Shown piece by piece: positions 24,581 through 38,419 of a DNA stretch of 64,000 nucleotides. Under the pieces are notes generated by a model that did not search any database, had not been told where the DNA came from, and was given only the letters and a program-made list of their open reading frames with translations. This stretch comes from Phoronis australis. Taxonomy: Eukaryota; Animalia; Phoronida. Made by a program: the position numbers and the translations under genes. The first letter of the stretch is position 1. Each line of letters begins with the position of its first letter. The DNA lies in the NCBI GenBank assembly GCA_002633005.1, contig NMRA01000011.1, positions 1,861,238 through 1,925,237 of the forward strand, written 5' to 3'.

Positions 24581-27327
24581 TCTAGAGGTGTATTCCCAAA
24601 ACATGATCCATTATCAGGGTTTTAAATAATACGAAAGCCTGGACTAGAATCTATTTAGCCCCAAAAGCGTTTAATTACAATATAGAGGATAAGAAAACAT
24701 CTCTACAAAACTGTGTTGAAAAAATGAACCTCTTTTAAGTTTCTTATCAACACAGTGAACCATTTTTCAAACTCCCTCTCTTTAGAACCGTCATGTAACA
24801 ATATAAGATTAGTCTCGTACTAACAATGTTGTTTTTGGCCAAAATGTAAGCAAAAGTCTAATTACAAGCACTCACATAAAGATTGACATATCCGGCAGCC
24901 ATTGGATTTCGATGCTAGTGTCCGGTGTCAATCTTCATGTGTGTGCTCGTGATTATACTCTTGATCTCGTACTGTTCCTTGCTGAGATTATGTTGGCTTC
25001 GGTTGTTATTGCTTAAGACCTGGTGCAATAACCTGGCTTGATCAGGCAAGTCAAAGGGCACCAAACATGGCTTCGAGTCATGCAAAAACATTTATTTCAG
25101 TTAAATTTTGCAAAACAAAAAATATTTCTATCACACAAGCCTATTTGTTAAACAATATATCACCTGGAAAATTTTCCACTTTTTGTCATTAGTCATTCCA
25201 ATCCCTGTATATAGTGAAGTTGTTCAGATCAAAATTTATTCTTTTTCACAGAAAACGGATTCACAGCAGCTTTAAGGAATTTAATTCGAAGGGAATCTGG
25301 AAGCCAGACATCCTCTGAGAAGCACATTCTGAAATCAACAATTGTTTTTGTACTTTCCAAGATTTTCAACCCACATTGTTAGGGATAGGGTTCATTTCAC
25401 CCTCCTTGGGTTTTCAGAGTACCCTCCAAAAACCATTCCAAGGGGGTACTCCCACAGGTTTATGTAGGACTTGACACTCAGCTGGGTGATTTTTCTCATA
25501 CAATTTCTCTTCAAAATGGTGCTTGAAAAAATCCCAACCAAAGCAAACTTTTTCCCATGAATACAACAGGTTTCACTTTGGGAGCTAAAAATACTGCAAA
25601 TGGTACCTTTTTCCTACTGCAGAAGTGGTTTTATATATCTGTATTTTTGAAATTCTGGTAACCAGACACTCATTTTTGACAACAGGAATCAGAGCCGACT
25701 TTTTCAAGCTTAATGGGTGAAAAAGACAGCTGTCCAAGAATTACTAGAGAGGATTAAGATGGTAACAACAACCCCTAAAAAGATTGTGCATTTGGAACAT
25801 TAGGCGATATTTTCATTGAACTCCAAACTTCCGACCACAAACCTTTGTTAGTTCGAATCCCAACCAATGTTTTTTAGTCATTGTCTAAATGGGTGGAGAT
25901 TCTTCTAGTACTAGATTATACATAAAACTAAACTTAGGGCCCATTTGGGACACCTTTCAGGTATTTTCGTAGCTACAAGTTTACCCTCGTAACATCTAGA
26001 GGGCCTCGGATATTTTTTATTCTTCGAAACACTTCGGATATTTTCGTAGCCTCAAATATCCTATCGGAGATGAACGTTATCCAATATATGGCAAGTCACG
26101 TGATTTTCAATCTTGAGAATAGTGGGCTAAGTGAAGGCCGCACACGCGCAGATAGCGTTCACCTATTGAGTTTACGAAAACACCCGAGGTTTTCTGGATG
26201 CCCTTGGAAGTAAATGTTTTCAGTGCATGCTCAAACTTTAGTCATTATGGTCAATCATTCTCCATTAAGTTTGAAAGTCACGCAGGTTAAATTCACCTCC
26301 AAGGAGAAATTTGAGGCTCCGAATAGACCCAAGGTTATCTGAATGGCTTAGGACCCTCAAGTTGTGCGGGGGCCCACCTCAAAGAGGGAAAATGGGAAGA
26401 AAAAATTATGGCCATGAGAGGAGGGTGTAGCACGAGATTTATGGCTACCTGGAAGGTTGAAAATTGTGGTGTTCTAGGGAGTGAATGCTGTGTAGGCTGC
26501 TGGGTGGTGGACATTGGGCGACAGCGGTGTGTACTGTAACACTGTACAGGGACGGATGGGGGGCAGGGTGGCCATGGCCCGCCTAAAATTCTCCCAGATT
26601 CCATTTGGAAGTTGGGCGTGTGAATGTCTGACGGGTTTATTTTCATAATAAGGAATCGATAATTACATGAATTTCAGCTCAGTTTGTTGATCACAATATT
26701 AACAACTAGCTCACCAGAGAGTTCAGCGACCTCGGTTTACCAGATGTAAGCATGCGCACGCCAGCTTCCTGGTTAAATTGCCAGCTGAACGCCAATGAAA
26801 ACCATCGTTCTAGTGCGCTGTACCTGGGTCTTCACAAGCTATCCGTGACTTCAGCGTGTGAGGCCCGGGAACCAGGTTACTGCACCTGAAAACTTGACGC
26901 CATGTCGGAGAGTGTTTCTAGATACGTGACACGGTTAATTGCCGTGTAAACAAACGGGGCAAATCGCCCTTTTAAAAGCGCGATATCTAACACAGAGGCA
27001 GAAAAGTGTGATTTTTTCAGAAACATAAAAACATGCGATGCAGCACTTACACGCGTTTTTAAGAGTCAATCAGTTGATAGGGAAAATATCAAACTAACAA
27101 AATATCGCAACCTGTGGCAGATTCTCGACTGGCTTGTGCGGCTGCACGCTTGTCAATCCACTACGAGCGATTTATTTTTTCGTTTTTTTTCAAGAGAAAC
27201 CAGTAAGATCGCTCAAATTTAGCGGAGTTGCAACGCCGCCATATTGGAAATGGGTCAGAATGTTGCATTGTGGTTAAGCCGGTAAACAAGTACGTCGGCA
27301 AGCGTGGCGGGAGCGAACCGGCCACAG

Positions 27328-27575
27328 GGAGGTTATACGTGTTGTGTGCCTGGCATGCTATAATACCAGTTAGCGAGATAAAAAATTTAGTTACTACCTG
27401 TTTCCCAAGGATCAAGAACTGCGTTTAACATGGGTCAGAGACATCGGTAGAGCTGGTAGCAAAGGCTGACTTCGTGAATTTTTTCCGACTTCGTAGCATA
27501 ACGTATGCAGCGCTCATTTTGAGGGCAGCAAGATAACGTATCTTGGAAACTGCCCAACAATATCTCCCTTCAATG
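27328..27575 (+). pseudogene. THAP domain remnant
   Basis: GGYTCCVPG/CYNTS*RDKKFSYYLFPKDQELRLTWVRDIGRAG../NVCSAHFEGSKITYLGNCPTI. Confidence 0.8.
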
Positions 27576-28559
27576 AAACAGTAACAAATACTCCACGGCG
27601 GTTGAAAAAAAATATTACTTTTCGCTTGACCAGAACAAAGCCAACATGAGCAATTTTGAGGATAATGCCTCTGCATAATCACCTGTTCTGGGTCAACTCA
27701 CTTAACGTACGCACACTATATGCATTGACGCGCAAAGATAAAGAGTGCAGAATATTATTATTTACTTTCTACAAAATTGTGGTGCATTGCTATCAAAATT
27801 CGTTGTTAAATTACGATCATTTTTCATAAAATTGTGTTGAAGTCCCAGGGGGAAATCTTGCCGACAAATGCGTGGCTGCCGGTCTCGCAATCGTCGATAG
27901 GACTTGAATTCTTGAATAAGAATACAGCTTCGACTCATCAAATTACCTGAAATGCTCCTCAAGTTTTCCGAATAGCGACTCTAAGATTTTTAAGTTCTTG
28001 TGGAGTCTGGATTAACTGCAGATTAAGTCCAAATCTGCGCTAGATTGTAGCCCGCAATACGAGAAAAATCTCTGGAGGAACACACATGTTGTTGTCACGT
28101 GACGTTTGTTTGGAAGTTTGTAAGCGTGCGTGTGCTTGTCATAAGAGTTCATTTGCCAGAGTAAATGCGATGTAATGATCTAGGTGTGCATTGTATCCAA
28201 AGAAATTAACTCAAGCAGTCAAGCAGAGCGTGTTTTAAAATTTAGCTTAGCACTTGCTGGCCTCAACTGCTAAAAAACTTTCGAGAATTTTTTCGGTAAG
28301 ACCGATATGTCACTCATTGAGTCGCCGGGTGAGTGGATGCGTGACCGTAGTGTAACAGCTATTTTCCGGAAGATTTGGGGTGTAATGGTGCGAATGTGTT
28401 CACTATCAGTGGATCATCTTGACATTAAACATCAATTATAATTAGTTAAATAATTTCTCTTAAAAATAATGCAAAAGTTTTTTACGGTATTAGAAACTTT
28501 CGGAAATTAGTGCCAATATTTATTTGCTGATGCTATGTTACCCGTTTCATGAATAGATA

Positions 28560-29047
28560 GTTCCCGACTAATGACAGCCGGTACATTATGCAGCGCGCGC
28601 TTCTTGGCCGCGTGCTAACACTGGTCGATTTTTTTATTAGTCTTCGATTCACGGTTTTCAAATGTACAAAGAAGTTTGGATTCCTGTTGAGGCCGGAGAA
28701 GATCTGTACCGAGAAGAAACAATGCAATCCCGCTGACAAGTACGCTGCGTCTGTTTTCAAAGTCCAGACCCGCGTTGTGGGGCACATCCCTCGCAAGAGC
28801 AGCAAAGCTTCTGCGTTCTTTTTGAATCGCGGAGTAAGTTTGAAGTGTATACGGACATAACGGTGAGGCTCGTGGTCTACAAATTCAGGACTGTCGGATC
28901 TTTCAATTGATAAATTGGAGACGTTAGAACTGTAGGTAAGGGCATTTTTCGCATGTAGTTCATGGGCTGGGCGCTTACTTTAGCTAAGTCTGAAACCGCA
29001 TTGGGGTACTTGTTGGGGCATGGGCGCTTATTAGGGCGAATAGCGGC
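28560..29047 (+). mobile_element. HIRAN-domain fragment ending in a pogo/Tc1-like terminus
   Basis: EKKQCNPADKYAASVFKVQTRVVGHIPRKSS..FFLNRG resembles HIRAN; end gggcgcttattagggcgaatagcgg resembles TACCGTA..TAAGCGCC-type TIRs (from recall). Confidence 0.55.
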
Positions 29048-29296
29048 AGAATTACATACAGCAGCGTAGGTTAATCCTCACAAATCACACGTCGTGCAAA
29101 CCAATCGGCCATTCCATATACCCTTATCAATCCCAATAGCCTTTGCGCACCCTAATTTCCAGACATGCGCAATCGTTAAATCGATTCGGTTGCAACTCCG
29201 CTATTCGTGTCGATCGATGCAAATACAGTATATACTGGAGTATACAGGGACGTTCCGCTCACTCGGGTGGTTTGTAGTTTCGCAGTGCCCCAATAC

Positions 29297-30643
29297 GCCT
29301 TTTCAGAATTGAAAAATGACCCCGGGTAACTTTTTGATATTAAAGTATGACCCGGCGGTCTAAATTTACTGTGAACTACTGTGAAAAATGACCTCATTAG
29401 GTCAAACTGACAGGTTTTTAAGGTTCATTAGGGTGTTATCCCGTTTAAGGGGTTGTGAGCGTGTGATAACATCTAGCTCCTTTGTTAATTGCCGAGTTGA
29501 GTATTTTGTCTGGTATGACAACATGCAGGTCAATTATCCACCAGCTTATTACCGATCACATGTGAACACAGTTATACCCAGTGTCGGCGTTGACGTTCGG
29601 ACAGAATAGATTGTTTTAACTTCGGTTGTAGTTGGGCGATTTTAGAGATTCAAAAACTATAAGCATGATCAGTATTTGATGAGGAATTCTCAAATATTTG
29701 TTTCATGTTCAAACATTTTATAACTTAACTTATTTTTAACAGCCCAGCCCAGTCAGGCTAGATACGATCTTATCGAGCAAAAGAGAGGTGACCCTCCAAT
29801 CGTACATGTATATGCCAGAATGGACTTAATCAGTCGTCGGTGTAAGATATTGGCCACAGCGGTCATCCGTTCACATCTTTTTGCTGTGCTATACAACTGA
29901 ACTAGTTGGACTCAACGGAAGAACGCCGTAATGTAAAAGCAAATAACACAGACTTCCCTTCCTGAGCATCGCTCGGGATTGCCAACGGACAAATACTCTT
30001 CTCTCACGCACGGTATTCCTCTCTCACGGATCTGAAGTCCCCCCGATCAAGAACCAAGCACTTTTCGGCGTGTTGTAGTACATGTACATGTATACCCACA
30101 CTGTGTAATTTTTTGCTTGCAAAGAGATCAGCCTCACTCCCACACATTATTTCGACACTGTTCATTTCCCTCGGCGGCCTTAATCTGCCGGTCCCTCAGC
30201 CGAGAGATTTAAAATCATATCCTGGCATAAGTAGTGCAAAAATGGCCAGATGCCGATTTGCGCAACTGAACGAAGGACTGTTCGAGAAAAAGTGATCGTT
30301 TTCGCTTCAGCCCACACATCATATTCCTGGTCTGCACGACGTTCAGTACTTCCTCTAACTAATTGGGGCATATATTGAAAAAGCAAGGCTTGTAGATTTC
30401 CCTTGCCGCGCGTCACTCAACACCCTCAGACATGAACATCCGCGTATCGAACAATGTTGAAATATCGCCTATCGATTGCGGGTGTCGTGTCAACTTATCC
30501 CAACATCCTGTTGCGTGAGATCTGTGAGTAATGACAGGACAGGTCTTCACGGTCGTGAGGTCATTTTTTCAAGGATTGTAAATTCTTCGCATTGAATTTA
30601 GACCCTGTGAAAAAACTAACCGGGGTCATTAATGTTACACCGG
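29297..30643. mobile_element. ~1.35-kb insertion with inverted ATGACCCC subterminal repeats
   Basis: Left aaaaatgaccccggg..ggtctaaattta..aaaaatgacctc; right gaggtcattttt..gaatttagacc..ccggggtcatt; absent from the related copy at ~55430. Confidence 0.6.
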
Positions 30644-32479
30644 CTCGATTGGGTACATTTCCATTCGGTTTCGAGTTGGAAATTCTGTGCTTTGGATATA
30701 GATCGGGTGCGCAATTCAGTCGTACAGGTTTGATATTTTGGTAACTGTGCACTTCACTTTTTTGAGCAAATTTAGAGTCACAAAACAAAGAGCTCGTAAG
30801 CAAGCAGTGCAAATACAGAATTTCAAACGTTTTCTTCGACATAAGTGCTTATTTTGGATTTGCTAGTTATGATACAGCATAAAATACCCGATTTTGGAGT
30901 ACATGTTATGAAATGAGTTCCTAAAGCAGTAAATATTTCAATAGAGAATACATTATTCATTCACATGCAATGATTTGGATGGCTGGTGGGTAAGTTCGGG
31001 CATGCCAACGTTGTTTTTCAGTCAGACAAGTAAAAACACACATATGATTGTTATTAATGCCAAGTATTTACTTGAGTACATTTAACAAACAATGTCATCA
31101 TTGGATAACAGCATATGCTGGTCAATAATTATTTTTTAATTGATCTTATATGGTCTCAACCACCAATGCTGATGTGGAAACAACGCATGGTCTATCAACT
31201 TAAACTATGGTGGCAGAAACCAAAAAACAACCTAGTGGCAGCACCACTAAACTCCATGTCCGAACCAAAGAACCCATGACTCAATTGCAGGACCAAGAAT
31301 TTCAACTCTTTGGCTGCAGGCATAACACTGCAAGCCCCGGATTTCTTGGGCTCTCAGTGTTTTCCGACATTTTTTTCCTGTGTAACACTTTCCAATATGG
31401 TGTCATATTGACAACGCGAGCTCCATGTATCTGAGTGGCGCGCGCCCGGTCTATTTGATGTCCATGAGCTGGGTAGAGTTCAGTAACGATATGACCTTCT
31501 TCAGGACCTCGCTAACATTTAGCCAAAGGCACTTGGTCTGATTTAAAATAAACAGCAATCTCACGTAATCTAGCGAAGTCTTGCTTTTTAGCGATGTCTT
31601 AGCGTTAAGTACTGATCCCTGAGGCCTTACCACAGTTCGTCGGATAGTGAATTTCCGGCAATATTGGCGCGGCAATTTCGAAATTGAGCTTTATTGCAGT
31701 TCACAGCCAAACATCCCGGCCCTATACTTCAAAACATACACAAAGGGAACGAAAAGAAAAAAATGTACGCTCCCGAGCGCTAGTGGGGTACGTACTCCAG
31801 CAGTGTCACGATCTTGCGCAGACGTGAACAAACTCAGACGTTCCCATAGAATTCAACTTGACGCCGGGCCGGGAAACCGTGAAACTTTGTGGATAAGTCC
31901 ACAGTTGATGAGAATCCTGTCGACTGTTTTTATTTCATTTGTCATACTTGGTCACCAAGGATGCGAATGATTTACAGTTAAACTTTCTCCACAGGAACCA
32001 AGGGAAGGTAAATTGTGAAACGGTTTGAAATTTGGACCATACTTTAGGCAACGGAAGCTAAGATTGGGCAGGTGATTTTCTAAAAATTAGTAATAAAAAT
32101 GTTCATTCAGCTTTTTAGGAAGTGAAATTATGAAAGGGGTCGCGTTTGCGGAAGTGGAAGACAAACGATTTTCTTTGAATTTGTGGCGTGGTTTTGAAAG
32201 TGAGTAACACTTTCTGGAGTCGAAAAGTAAATTTGGAAATGCCAGAGAAATTTTTACGAATGGTTGAGACTAATTTGAATTAAAAGGCGTATCCTCTTGC
32301 GATTTCGCAGAATCGTCCTATTATACGAGTTGGGCATCACGAAGACTGTGAACCGTGATTCCGGTTTGTCTTTACATTATGTATTTTGCTTTCATTTTCA
32401 TTTTAATTAATGACAGTCTACTTTAAGTGAACAGACCTTCGAAAAAATCAGAGATTCTGTATGCGTTACAGTATCAATA

Positions 32480-32573
32480 ATGAATGAAGCGGTTATGCAA
32501 CTTGCTTATCTCAAAGGATTAGCGTGGCTCGTGACAGTGTGCTTATACCTGTCAATCACGGTTAGGTTATCAA
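32480..32573 (+). CDS. Candidate first coding exon (TM1) of the TMEM272-like gene
   Basis: MNEAVMQLAYLKGLAWLVTVCLYLSITVRLS is hydrophobic and ends at a phase-1 donor A|GTGAAT compatible with exon 34219. Weak donor; inference only. Confidence 0.3.
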
Positions 32574-32729
32574 GTGAATATGGAGTGCCTCAGAAAAAAA
32601 GCTTAAAACAAGAACTTGTGACAAATCAAACAAAATGGTTGTTCAGTCATCATTTTAATCAAAGATAAAAGCAAATACACTGAAAAAAACAAATATGTAA
32701 AGTTGGCGAAGGCTAACTTTAGACCTTAA

Positions 32730-34130
32730 AGGAGATGGCAACCTTTTTCCAAGTCATTCTATTAAAAATACGGTTTGCTAATATCCCAGAGGTTTTTCAG
32801 TTAATAACGGCTTCCTGTAATTTTATTAATTAGTCGTGCCTTACTCCGGAAGTGACGTTTAGGGGTTTAAAAAGTTCTGTTGTTTTCATTTTGTCTGACT
32901 GCGAGGTGTCGAGTCCGTGATAAGTTTAGTCGTCGTTTGCGTCTGTTTATGAGTCAGTCAACACGCGCACGGTGGTTGCATACCGGTATGTACTCATTCT
33001 AGTCTCACGCGCACTTTGGGTATGCCATTACATCGCTTTCCAAAGATGACACATTCCGCCGTACTAGGCTCGTTCATGTGAAGAGCACAACGTTACTCGT
33101 CCAAGCAACGTACAAAGCACTGGAGAATTACCGAGTGTGTGGCAACCATTTTCTGTTGTCGAATTACGAAAGAGATATGTACACATAATTGATGAAGGCT
33201 CCTGCAAAACAACGCTGTTGATTCCCGTCACCACCACCGAAGTGTGCATTTTTGAAGCTAGCTGTGGCCTCTACAGTGACTGAAGCCCCTTCATCTATTG
33301 TCACCCGTACCTCCGAACGTACCCCCAGAGAGTGCAATTCCGGGAACTAGCAGTAATTTGCCTTGTGCTGGTGTTGTCTCCACCCCATAGCCTGTAAGCA
33401 GCCCAGCAGAGATGTCGAGTAGTAAATACAGACCCAGTTCTACACCCAATGAGGAGAACAGTTCGTCGTCCAGTGAACAGACCGGTGAGCCAAACTTTGC
33501 TAAGTTTATTAAGCACTTGACTAAGGTATTGGAGCTATTTAGAAGGTGCCAGGTGTGTGGCGAGGGAGTCATACGGCGGGATGTAAGCGGTTTGGGTGCT
33601 CAAGTCACCATCCAGATGAAACAGCATAGACATTCCATTGAGGTCGGCATAACAGTGAACACCCTTCATTTGGACCAAGACGTCCTACCACGTCTGTCCT
33701 CAGTCTTCGCTTCATACCTCTCAACAGCTGTGCGTATTCGGCCATACTAAAGTCGGGCTCAAACTTATACATTTATCTACCCACTGAGTGTTCGTGAAAA
33801 AACCCTCGTCACTACGTCATTGTGTCTGTCATATGGGTTGCGAACTCCAGCCCTATATCCAACGTAATTGAGTTCTCTAGCAAACTAGCTTGTCGTGGAA
33901 TACTCGTCGGTGGGAAATGTGACGGCAAAGTCAGGAGACCAGGACGAAAACAGCTGTATAACGCATCCTAACGGTGAACTGAAACGCAGAAAAATGGCGG
34001 GAAATTTTTAACACCCTAAACGTCACTTTCGGTGTAGGGAAGGATAAATTAATAAAATTACGGGAAGCTGTAATTAAATGAAACATGTGTCTGGGTAATC
34101 AACAAACCGAATTTTTACTATAAATGACAC
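32730..34130 (+). mobile_element. Kolobok family 1 internal-deletion copy with long TIRs
   Basis: TTAA|AGGAGATGGCAACC (TTAA 32726-32729); THAP/N-terminal region homologous to 6570-7524; 34010-34130 is an inverted copy of ~32750-32870 with the outermost bases missing. Confidence 0.8.
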
Positions 34131-34218
34131 AGTTAACACAGGTGGGCATAACTCAAGAACACGATAACACCAGCAACTTTGTCAATGAAAACAATAATAG
34201 GTATTTTTTATTCCATAG

Positions 34219-34446
34219 GCTCAAGATACTTGTACGAATGTTTCATCAACGATGGTATTCCAATTTACCTGATTGTTAGTGGAGTGTTGGCGTTCATTTG
34301 CTGTTTGTGTTGGACCATCAAGAAAATGAATGACGATGGAAGTTTGCGCATGAATTGGTATTTTGATAACCAGGAAGCAATTGAAAATTTGGAAATGTAC
34401 CTGGCAATAGCCGTGACTCTGCTGCTGACTGTCTGGGCAATTGTCG
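34219..34446 (+). CDS. TMEM272: TMEM272-like membrane protein, internal exon (phase 1-1)
   Basis: ttccatag acceptor and G|GTAAAT donor; GSRYLYECFINDGIPIYLIVSGV...LLLTVWAIVG matches the family pattern G..YL..C....IPIYLIV.G...W.I.G. Symbol means family-like; orthology not shown. Confidence 0.75.
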
Positions 34447-36971
34447 GTAAATATGTTTTAATGGTTTTCACAATGATCGAAACAAGCATCGCAATTCTGA
34501 ATCTATTCAGTACTACAGAAAAAGAACTGTTGACAATGAGTGAACAAAATTACTATAGTTGATGCACCTTGAATCGACTTATACAATAGTATGATCTTTA
34601 TAATCTATTATACTGCGTGTACCAAGATTGAACATAAATCTCATTCTTGTGTCAATCTATTTACTATAAGAAAAACAGTTTTGATGTTCACGGTCATTCT
34701 CCATTCTGTACAATAATATATAAAACTTACAACATGTCTTGCAAACTTTTACTTTTTTAAATGCATTGTCGCAAGCCAAACTTGCGCAATGTAGTTATTT
34801 ACCATAGTTTCTCAAGATCGTTAAAAGCTTTGAATATCACCGTAGTTAATGTATTGGGCCATCCCTTATTTGTTTTTAATACACTGTACAGTGATAGCAT
34901 TCCAATTAACACACTTTCGGGACTCACTGACAGATGAAACGTCATACATTAATTTTGATGCCATAATATTTTTCAATTTTTTATCTATCAATTCTTGGCT
35001 TGTCCCGTTAAATGCCTTTTCAATTCGACAAATGATACTAAAAATTGATATACACGTACCTATTAATCTCCTGTCTCAGATTAATGTGGTCAATTATAGG
35101 TTTTTAGCACACTATCACCATATAGAAATTCGTTTTGTTCATAAGTTATCTAGGCCCTAGGAAAATAACTGAGCAGGATCGGTCGATTATCTTTAAGTAT
35201 CAGTCCATGGATCCACCGACCACAGTACAGCCAACAAGCGGCAAGGTGGGGGGTCAGCCATTCAGAACCTTGCTTAGTCTAATAAATCACATTAGAGATG
35301 AGAGAAAATGGGTGAAGTATGACACCACAGAGTTTGGTGGTTTGGGAGATACTAGAGTATTCTTCTGGGGGGCAAATGAAGCAATTTCTTGATGCGGAAA
35401 GACCAATTTTAACTACAATTTCTACTGTAGTTTCTGCTTCAAACAGAATCTTTTCTCAATAATTTTGATGTCACATGATAGGTTTGTAACCAATGTAACC
35501 AAAAACCGCACCGACACTAAAACATGGGTTACCATGGTAACACTGGAAGTGTTTCCGTGGAGGTACATTTCATGCTTGTGAAAAACCAGCAGTAAGTTAT
35601 ACCCTTATAGCGAAGCTGTCCCCACGAGAAAACTGAAAATGATAACAAGGGTATGTAAAAGACTCCATGCCCTTGAAGGTAATACGAAAAAACTTTGTCA
35701 GCCCTTCATGCAGGCTTGGTATTAGTTGTCTGAATTTCACTATTTTCAGGCCGCTCATTTGTGTATTTGTCGTGTCAAACCAGTCACAAGTTGTGCGCCG
35801 TTTGTACGCAATAAAATGCCATGGTATAATACAACAATTAACTGAATGGGACTATTCGGAGAATTCTCCTCGCGGTGTCGCTGCTTTACTAGTGGTGATT
35901 GAATTGCGCATGCGTGGCTGTCTGCATGTAAACAACTGGTAAAAGATGGAATTTGTATCAAAATACGTCGTCGCGCTAAGCCTTATTACTGCTAATTTCC
36001 CTGGTGCAAGTCTTCGACAGGTGGCCACAAATTCGTAGAAGACCTAAGGTTACTATATTCGTGGACAACTGCGGTCAACAGGGTCAACTAACTGACAAAA
36101 AGTGTGTGGATGCTGGAGCCCCGTGTGTGCTCTATGTCTATGAGTGACAATGCAGTTCCATTCGGAGACTACACAACATTACTTGGTAAGTTTTTAGCAA
36201 TCAGTTTCTATCAACATCTTTCGGTGATGTTATCCCCACCAGTTACCCCACTGAATAACAGTTTTATTGAGTGGAACTGAGTGTTTCTTTTTGGAAACTC
36301 ACCCGATGCTGGGTAGGCTAGCAGCACATATTCACATTGTCCTTGGGTGGGAGTGCTCTCAAAATAAGAGGTGTATGGTACGTGATGCACAGAAGTCAAG
36401 AGTGACTTTTTCACAGCAGTTTCTCTTCAAAACTATGTGGTTTCCTATAAAATTCTCTAGATGAGTGAGTTTCCTTATTTTATCGTGGACCTCACCCCCA
36501 GGACCACCAGCTCAGTTATCAAATTGACATGAATAAGCCTTAATTCAGTAAATGTCGTAACATTGCATTGGAAAAAAATGACACCTAGAATTAATTTTAC
36601 TTGTTGAGATCAGAAGCACATTATAAGTGTCATGAAAAATACATTGTTAAATCACTTTTAGCCTGTTTCACATATTTTTATGCAGATTTTAAATAAGACT
36701 TGGGTACAAAGGTTATTAGTTTCTACACATAAACATGAAGATGAAATGTCAAGTATGTTCTGCTTACAAAAGTAGTTTTGTCTTGTCTTTTCTTTTACAA
36801 TTTGCTAATATTTCTATTCTGTTACAGGCAAGAAAAAACAACTGAAACCAACCGCCTGACCATCTATTTCACCGTTGGACAAAGTGAAAAGCAATCCTTC
36901 AGCAATAACCTGAGAGAATTGAACGTAATTCAGTAATTCAGCACCTGATATGCCTGATTATGGACTCCCTC

Positions 36972-37929
36972 NNNNNNNNNNNNNNNNNNNNNNNNNNNNN
37001 NNNNNNNNNNNNNNNNNNNNNNNNNNNNNNNNNNNNNNNNNNNNNNNNNNNNNNNNNNNNNNNNNNNNNNNNNNNNNNNNNNNNNNNNNNNNNNNNNNNN
37101 NNNNNNNNNNNNNNNNNNNNNNNNNNNNNNNNNNNNNNNNNNNNNNNNNNNNNNNNNNNNNNNNNNNNNNNNNNNNNNNNNNNNNNNNNNNNNNNNNNNN
37201 NNNNNNNNNNNNNNNNNNNNNNNNNNNNNNNNNNNNNNNNNNNNNNNNNNNNNNNNNNNNNNNNNNNNNNNNNNNNNNNNNNNNNNNNNNNNNNNNNNNN
37301 NNNNNNNNNNNNNNNNNNNNNNNNNNNNNNNNNNNNNNNNNNNNNNNNNNNNNNNNNNNNNNNNNNNNNNNNNNNNNNNNNNNNNNNNNNNNNNNNNNNN
37401 NNNNNNNNNNNNNNNNNNNNNNNNNNNNNNNNNNNNNNNNNNNNNNNNNNNNNNNNNNNNNNNNNNNNNNNNNNNNNNNNNNNNNNNNNNNNNNNNNNNN
37501 NNNNNNNNNNNNNNNNNNNNNNNNNNNNNNNNNNNNNNNNNNNNNNNNNNNNNNNNNNNNNNNNNNNNNNNNNNNNNNNNNNNNNNNNNNNNNNNNNNNN
37601 NNNNNNNNNNNNNNNNNNNNNNNNNNNNNNNNNNNNNNNNNNNNNNNNNNNNNNNNNNNNNNNNNNNNNNNNNNNNNNNNNNNNNNNNNNNNNNNNNNNN
37701 NNNNNNNNNNNNNNNNNNNNNNNNNNNNNNNNNNNNNNNNNNNNNNNNNNNNNNNNNNNNNNNNNNNNNNNNNNNNNNNNNNNNNNNNNNNNNNNNNNNN
37801 NNNNNNNNNNNNNNNNNNNNNNNNNNNNNNNNNNNNNNNNNNNNNNNNNNNNNNNNNNNNNNNNNNNNNNNNNNNNNNNNNNNNNNNNNNNNNNNNNNNN
37901 NNNNNNNNNNNNNNNNNNNNNNNNNNNNN
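36972..37929. other. Assembly gap (N run)
   Basis: Run of N. Confidence 1.
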
Positions 37930-38326
37930 TGTAATAGATTTCCAGAAGACATATGATAGGGAGTAAACAAATAGTCTAATGCAATGGATATTTATCACTC
38001 ACGTACCCTTTGCCATTGGGATTGGATTGTAATCTTAACTCATTAACCTGTATCGAGTTGACAGCATAAACATTCAGCATTGATTGATGTAACTGTCACT
38101 GATAAACTTTTAGAAATCATTCCAAACAATAATAATGCTTTGATGTACGAAAAGATACCGATTGTTACAGTACGTCAAGTATCGTATCACATATCACAAC
38201 GTACAAAGATTAACCAGACTCTGGCTTGCGACTGACTGCCGCGAAGTCGACATCGGCGAGTGCCTCAGTTAACAGGCATCGGTGGAATAATCATGGAATA
38301 ATCGTTAAAATAATCACAAACCTTAC

Positions 38327-38419
38327 CTTTGTAGGAGGTCGTGCTTACTTCCTCTCATAGAAGCACCCTTTTTAAGCAATCTCAGATTCAGTTGGCACGG
38401 CTGCAAGCCATTTCACCAT
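38327..38419 (-). pseudogene. SAP-domain first exon (likely the second gene of the ISL2EU-like element)
   Basis: QLNLRLLKKGASMRGSKHDLLQR|gtaagg resembles SAP L..L..RG....G.K..L..R. Confidence 0.55.

Larger units (their letters stand above)
26700..31330 (+). mobile_element. THAP-bearing DNA transposon remnant with nested insertions; shorter relative at 54700-55990
   Basis: 26893-27210, 29240-29290 and 30645-31325 align colinearly with 54900-55990. Confidence 0.6.

Noticed and set aside
36930-37998. Long ORFs of 324-346 aa
   Set aside because: Artefacts of translating through the N gap.
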